A DNA stretch of 29,452 nt from a virus. Lineage: Duplodnaviria > Caudoviricetes. Shown piece by piece: positions 24,525 to 29,452 of this stretch. A program made the position numbers and the translations under genes. The stretch lies in IMG/VR virus record IMGVR_UViG_3300046009_001082, positions 1 through 29,452 of that record; one strand, written 5' to 3'. The notes under the pieces were generated by a model, which was given only the letters and a program-made list of their open reading frames with translations, was not told the DNA's origin and made no database searches. Position 1 is the stretch's first letter; every line of letters starts with the position of its first letter.

Positions 24525-25664
24525 TTATTTCTTATTAAAAGCACTTTCTAGCATACTTAGTAATCCTTCAGTTTTCTGTGATGTTTCTACTGATGTGTTA
24601 CGTCCTACGCCTCTTTGTTCCTCTGAGGAAATGATTTTATCTAATTCATTTACCGCAGCTGTTTTTGCTACACTTTTTAATTTAGTAATGTCAGGTTTAA
24701 ACTTACCTTGCTTATCTAAATTAAATAACCCAATTGTATCGTAGTAGTTGATTAGCATTTCAAATTCTACTGGGTTTCTTTTTTGCTTATACATTAAACT
24801 ATTATACTCTTGACCTGAGTCGTCTTTGAATACAGGGTTTAATATGTTAGCTTTCAATCTATCTTTTGATACTTTATTTAGGTTTAACCCATCAATAAAA
24901 GCATCTCTAGCATCTATGTTAGTAATCAAATTCTCAAAAGCTTTATTTTGAGCTTCGATTTCTGCTTTAGTTCTCTCTTCTTTAAAAGCCTTAGCTTCTT
25001 TTACAAAGCCTTGTGCTTGATTCTTTAATTCAGGAATAGCTTTTGCTGCTTTGTCTGCTAGCTTACCTACAGACTCTGCATCTTCTATTGCTTCTAAAGC
25101 ATCTTGGTCAGAGAACTTTTTAGACTTTAGTAAATCAAAGTAAATCTGTTTTTGCAGGTTTACGTCTTTTTCTAAAGCTTCATCATCAATACTATCAAAG
25201 AACTCTAATCTTTGGGCCATTACGATAGCTTGGTCAGTTTCGTCAAATGCATCTTCGATTTCTAAAAATCTTTTCTTTACACTTGGCATACTTTTTTTCC
25301 AATTCTCTTCTGCCTTTTTAAAATTAGTTTTTACTGTTTTATCGACTAACGATTTAATCGAATCTAAAGTTCCTGGTAACTCATCTAGTTTCTCAACATC
25401 TTCTGCTGTTAAAATACCTGCGTTAACAAGTTCTTTCATTAATCCTTTGTAAACTGCTTCAGTTTTACTGATAGCTTCTGCTGAGGATTCTGTACTTTCA
25501 ACTTTAGTAGTTTTCTCTACAGGAGTTATTACTTCCTGTGGGTCTGTTACTTCAATATCTTCTTCTCCAGTTTCTTCTTTGTTAGATTCAGCTACTGCTG
25601 AATTTAATTCTGAGGGAGTCATTATTTGTAGTCCTTCAAATAACTCTTCGTTCTCTGTACTCAT
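24525..25664 (-). CDS. Putative scaffolding protein
   Basis: 379 aa, acidic N-terminus, helical/coiled-coil composition, located between portal and MCP. Confidence 0.65.
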   Translation of the reverse strand: MSTENEELFEGLQIMTPSELNSAVAESNKEETGEEDIEVTDPQEVITPVEKTTKVESTESSAEAISKTEAVYKGLMKELVNAGILTAEDVEKLDELPGTLDSIKSLVDKTVKTNFKKAEENWKKSMPSVKKRFLEIEDAFDETDQAIVMAQRLEFFDSIDDEALEKDVNLQKQIYFDLLKSKKFSDQDALEAIEDAESVGKLADKAAKAIPELKNQAQGFVKEAKAFKEERTKAEIEAQNKAFENLITNIDARDAFIDGLNLNKVSKDRLKANILNPVFKDDSGQEYNSLMYKQKRNPVEFEMLINYYDTIGLFNLDKQGKFKPDITKLKSVAKTAAVNELDKIISSEEQRGVGRNTSVETSQKTEGLLSMLESAFNKK

Positions 25665-25665
25665 A

Positions 25666-25678
25666 TTTGCTGTCTTAA
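25666..25678 (-). promoter_or_regulatory. Shared leader motif TTAAGACAGCAAA before the scaffold gene
   Basis: mRNA reads UUAAGACAGCAAAU-AUG. Confidence 0.6.
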
Positions 25679-25752
25679 TTGGTTACAATATTAAAATTAT
25701 TTTTATAAAGTGGTAGTACTAATTGTTATAAAACTCTTATAGTCTTATAGCT

Positions 25753-28197
25753 CTATTTTGCTCCACTAGCTCTTTTAGCTTGTGCAGCAATAGCTTTTTT
25801 CTGTAATTCTTCTTTAGCTCTATTAGCTCTAGCTGTTTCGTCTAACTGTTGTTGCTTTAAATTAAGTTGTTCTTGTTTGTAATTTTCATCAACTTCAGTA
25901 CGACGTAAGTCTAATAAATCTCCTACACCGTTGTTATCAGTGTCTGTGTTATTAGTACTATTTCTATAGTTGTTGTTCTCCTCTTTAATACTTGCAATAA
26001 GTATACTAGATTCTATTCGTTCTCTTTCTACTGCAATTTCGTCGTCGTGTTTTTTAATCTCCCATTCTCTTTGAACTTGCTTATCTTGCATTGCTAACTT
26101 ATTAGCTTCATCTTGTTGAGCTAATTGTTGTTGTTGCATTGCATCATTTTGTTCTTTAATTTTCTTAGCAGATTCTTCTAATTTTCTAGCAACATCTTGT
26201 ACAGATTCCGATTGGCTGATAGCAATTAAATCTGATATAGTAGCTTGACCATTTTGAATAGCTGCTTGAGATAATGCTTTAAGGTCGTTAAACAATTGTT
26301 GGTCATTAGAAGAGTTGGACAAGTGTAAGTCATACTCAGTAGCACAAAATTCGTCAAAGTGAGTTATAAGTTGTTGCCCCATATCATCTAATAAGTATTG
26401 TCCTTTTTTAGGATTAGTCTTATAAGCATACTTACAACACTCTAAGAATTTTGTAAGAACACGTTTACGGAAGTTGTTATCAATAGCAAACCATTTTTCT
26501 GTAATGTGAGAAGTCTGTGCTACCTCACGTTCTACATTATTAACAGCTTCTCTATTTTGTATTTGTCCTTCTCTTGCTCCAGTTACACCTGCTAGTTTAC
26601 CTAGTGTGTTTTCTATGTCTAACATTAAGTTAGTGTACATTCCAATTTCGTTAGGATCACCTACTTGTATTTGTTGAGCTGTTAGTGTATTGAAAGCTCC
26701 TGCAGATTTTCCTTGAGAAGGCCCTTTAAGAATTTCATTAGTAGGGTCTAACCAAGCAAATTTGTTGATAGTTACATATCTCATCCACTCTTTAGGGTCC
26801 CAACCTGATGGTACTAAGGAACTATTAAGTGCTGTGAAAGAACCTTTGTAGGTAGCAATAGCTAGTTCACGCTTGTAATAAGCGATGTCGTAAGAATAAG
26901 CTAACGGCTTCATCACATCCATTAAGGATTGAACCTTGTAATCATTGGTTGAATTTACACTACCTACATAAGGTGGAGTACCTTTTGATTTATTAACTAA
27001 GGATTTAGAAGCATAAGGCACAGGTCTCATCAATGTATATACGTGGTCAGCTATCTTAGTACCTTCCATCCATTCATTAACCCATATCCATTTTACAGAT
27101 TCTCCTAATGTTTTGTTTGCTTTATAATCTTCAGGAACATAGTCTTTTTGCTCGTTACCGTCTTCATCAAAGTATGTAAGTTCTCCTATTTTTCTTCTAG
27201 ACCTCCAACATACTTTTAAGACTCTCACGTTACCGTAAGTATCAAAAGCACCTGCAAATGTACGAGTACCCATTTCGTTAGGATGAAAGATATTAAGAGC
27301 ACCTTGTTCTCCGTAGTAGTCATATACAGAAATATCTCTGTTTAATCCTATACCACCACCTGAACCAAGTGATGCATCTACTTTACCTCTTTCTAAGAAA
27401 TCAATATCTTCTGGTCGTAGTACGTCCCAATAATCATCTATTATTTGTCCTATTGACTTATAACCATATTCTACAATAATGTCTGCATCTTCGATGTACA
27501 TTGAGTTTCCTCCCATTGTGTACAAGTTCATCGGGTTTACTCTCCTCATTACAGGATTGCCTCCTAATACTCCACAATACATTATCTCTTCTCCAGAAGT
27601 AAGTAGGTCTTCAAAGGTTCTCAGGAAAGTAAAATCAAAATCACCTTCTTTGTATTCTTTTTTTAGAATCTTGTTAGCAGTAATCTCTGCAATATCTTGG
27701 AATTGGTAAGTCTTGTACTTTTCTAATTGTAGCAGTCTTTTCTGTATCTCTTCGTCACTAATAGAAGTAGTTTGTATAATGTTATCTAGTTCTGCTTTTA
27801 TAGTATCAGTTAACGTTTGCTCTTTACGAGAGATACTTTCAGAATCATTAGAAGATATGTAGGCTTTAAAGTCTTTCTTTCTTTTAGCGTATTCTCCTAA
27901 CAATAGATTAATCTTAGTGTTTTCTATTCCTATATGTTGGAAAGAAGCAGGTAAAGATTCTAAGTCTAAGTTATCAGGATTGATAAACTTTTCAAAATCT
28001 TTAGAGCTAATGATGTTAACTCGTAGATTGTAGTTGCTTTTTTTATTTTTAAAGTTAGAACGTAGGTTAACGTCCGAGGTTAATAAGTGCTCTGCAAAGT
28101 CTATATTCTTTTTATACCAGTGGTCTGTTTTTTCTGCATCAGATAGTTTTTGTCTTGGAAAACTAATATAACCTTGGATTTTTACAGGAGAGCTCAT
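25753..28197 (-). CDS. Portal protein (crAss-like)
   Basis: 814 aa directly after TerL. FPRQKL, KINLLLGE, WVNEWMEGTKI, SLMDVMKP, GVTGAREGQI and a Q-rich coiled-coil C-terminus. Confidence 0.9.
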   Translation of the reverse strand: MSSPVKIQGYISFPRQKLSDAEKTDHWYKKNIDFAEHLLTSDVNLRSNFKNKKSNYNLRVNIISSKDFEKFINPDNLDLESLPASFQHIGIENTKINLLLGEYAKRKKDFKAYISSNDSESISRKEQTLTDTIKAELDNIIQTTSISDEEIQKRLLQLEKYKTYQFQDIAEITANKILKKEYKEGDFDFTFLRTFEDLLTSGEEIMYCGVLGGNPVMRRVNPMNLYTMGGNSMYIEDADIIVEYGYKSIGQIIDDYWDVLRPEDIDFLERGKVDASLGSGGGIGLNRDISVYDYYGEQGALNIFHPNEMGTRTFAGAFDTYGNVRVLKVCWRSRRKIGELTYFDEDGNEQKDYVPEDYKANKTLGESVKWIWVNEWMEGTKIADHVYTLMRPVPYASKSLVNKSKGTPPYVGSVNSTNDYKVQSLMDVMKPLAYSYDIAYYKRELAIATYKGSFTALNSSLVPSGWDPKEWMRYVTINKFAWLDPTNEILKGPSQGKSAGAFNTLTAQQIQVGDPNEIGMYTNLMLDIENTLGKLAGVTGAREGQIQNREAVNNVEREVAQTSHITEKWFAIDNNFRKRVLTKFLECCKYAYKTNPKKGQYLLDDMGQQLITHFDEFCATEYDLHLSNSSNDQQLFNDLKALSQAAIQNGQATISDLIAISQSESVQDVARKLEESAKKIKEQNDAMQQQQLAQQDEANKLAMQDKQVQREWEIKKHDDEIAVERERIESSILIASIKEENNNYRNSTNNTDTDNNGVGDLLDLRRTEVDENYKQEQLNLKQQQLDETARANRAKEELQKKAIAAQAKRASGAK

Positions 28198-28218
28198 AGT
28201 AAAATTTTATTTAAAATA

Positions 28219-28226
28219 CAAATCTA
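28219..28226 (-). promoter_or_regulatory. Candidate Bacteroidota sigma70 -7 element (TAGATTTG) before portal
   Basis: TAnnTTTG match that includes the TerL stop codon, 21 nt upstream of the portal ATG. Confidence 0.35.
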
Positions 28227-29450
28227 TGAATAATAATTTGAATTAAAAGTCTCTATTGGTTTCTTTTTTAGTACTCCCATTTTTTCAAAATAAGGATTAT
28301 CTAAGAATGTTTTTACTTGCTCTACTTTTTGTGTTACCTCTTTGTACATAGTACTATCTAACCACATTAACATAATTAATGCTGACACTCTATCAAAGTT
28401 ACCATCAGGATTCCACATCACTAACTCTGTTAACATTGCTGAAGAATAAATAGTTTCATATACTCTAGTCTCTGATACTGTTGATATTCTTTCTTGTAAC
28501 CAAGACTTAACCATATTACGTCCCTCAGAGTTAATAGAGCCAGATGCATTAATACCTTTAGAAGTATTAGTACCTGCTTTGTAAGTATCAGTTGAACGTA
28601 GTTGGTAAGGAGTTTCTGCTAAGAGATACGTGCACTTGTTTTGGTCAAAATAGTTGTATAAACCAATAAGGTTTTTCTCATACATTCCCATAGCATTGTA
28701 ATACATTAGTAGCTTACGACAGATTTCATAAAAATCTTTAGCTTCACCTGTACGACCTGTGTATTCTGCTACTATTTGTCTAGTGAATCTATTCATTACT
28801 ACTATACAAGGTAGTGAGTCAGTAGTAGCCTTGTCCTTATCAACAACGTCTATTCCTGCAATGTACACTCCTCTGTTGATAGTACCGTCGGGATTTCTTT
28901 GGGGCTTAGCCCATACTTCTACACATCCTTTTTTATCATCATTCTTGTTTAATGGAAACTTTCTAATAGGCTTCTCATCTTGTATTGTTTCAAAGTCAAC
29001 AGTGCCATCTTGTGTAAAGATTAGTCTACCTTTAAAAGAAGCATCTGTGTATTTCTTGTATTTACCTCCTTCAACTTCAGCTAGTTGTTCTTTCAGTAGT
29101 AGTGTTGGAAAGAAAGCTCCTTCTAATACAAGGAAAGCTTCTGAAGGAACCATTGGTCCATTGATAATTTCTGTTTGATATACGGTAGGATCAGGTGACT
29201 TCTTAGCATCTTTACGTCTATTTTCAATATACATATTAGCTAATAACTCGTCAGTTACTTTGTTTTCTCCAGTCTTAAACTCATTGAGTGTTTTAGAATA
29301 GGGCACAAAATAGCCTATTTGTCCTCGGTGTTCCCATACATCTTCAAAGTCTATACAATTGTAATCTTGAGGATTACGAAATATAGATTCTGCATATAAT
29401 GCAGCTCTACCTGATACTAAACCACCTGTACCTAATGCCCATATTACTAT
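28224..29450 (-). CDS. terL: Terminase large subunit, C-terminal part (5' end outside window)
   Basis: The frame stays open beyond the called GTG to the window edge (IVIWALGTGGLVSGRAALYAESIFRNPQDYNC...GYFVPY). RNase H-like nuclease motifs YIAGIDVVD, IVAEYTGR, MYEKN and GNFDRVSAL. Confidence 0.92.
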   Translation of the reverse strand: MVIWALGTGGLVSGRAALYAESIFRNPQDYNCIDFEDVWEHRGQIGYFVPYSKTLNEFKTGENKVTDELLANMYIENRRKDAKKSPDPTVYQTEIINGPMVPSEAFLVLEGAFFPTLLLKEQLAEVEGGKYKKYTDASFKGRLIFTQDGTVDFETIQDEKPIRKFPLNKNDDKKGCVEVWAKPQRNPDGTINRGVYIAGIDVVDKDKATTDSLPCIVVMNRFTRQIVAEYTGRTGEAKDFYEICRKLLMYYNAMGMYEKNLIGLYNYFDQNKCTYLLAETPYQLRSTDTYKAGTNTSKGINASGSINSEGRNMVKSWLQERISTVSETRVYETIYSSAMLTELVMWNPDGNFDRVSALIMLMWLDSTMYKEVTQKVEQVKTFLDNPYFEKMGVLKKKPIETFNSNYYS

Positions 29451-29452
29451 CC

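Noticed and set aside
25700-25735. Inverted repeat TTTTATAA...TTATAAAA between portal and scaffold
   Set aside because: The arms are pure A/T in an AT-rich gap, too weak to call a terminator or operator.
2651-29178. All other plus-strand ORFs in the track, and the nested minus-strand ORF 21346..21561
   Set aside because: They are short, lie opposite or inside well-supported minus-strand genes, and have no recognisable motifs.
28224-29306. GTG at 29306 as the TerL start
   Set aside because: The frame stays open to the window edge and includes the conserved GTGG motif, so the real start is upstream.
1-29452. Stop-codon reassignment (TAG or TGA), known in some crAss-like phages
   Set aside because: Long genes are intact in code 11. 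TAG ends TerL and portal and TGA ends the MCP at sensible positions, and gene packing is tight.
22978-29452. Introns or inteins in MCP, portal or TerL
   Set aside because: ORFs are continuous and of ordinary size, with no intein or homing-endonuclease motifs in the visible part. The TerL N-terminus is outside the window.

Overview
This is the late (virion) gene block of a crAss-like tailed phage (Crassvirales-like, probably infecting Bacteroidota). It is AT-rich, uses the standard genetic code, and has every credible gene on the minus strand. In transcription order (right to left): TerL (5' end cut off), portal, probable scaffold, major capsid protein, conserved crAss-type virion, ring and auxiliary-capsid genes, Cys-rich hub and fibre genes, an embedded lysis cassette (two holin-like proteins and an M15 endolysin), ring protein, IHF/HU-like protein, tail tubular protein, a 1415-aa tail stabilisation/muzzle protein, then the cargo (ejection) genes. 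Two observations stand out. (1) A 1660-aa cargo-position protein is built like a polyprotein: beta-barrel-like N-terminus, hydrophobic hairpin, two different ADP-ribosyltransferase-like domains and a GH73 muramidase, punctuated by recurring xxxGG motifs that also occur in the cargo gene at 1..1125. (2) A 13-nt motif lies just before the start codons of the two genes flanking the major capsid gene, and the complement of its 10-11-nt core fills the loop of a downstream terminator hairpin. All family calls come from motifs and gene order recognised by eye; no searches were run.
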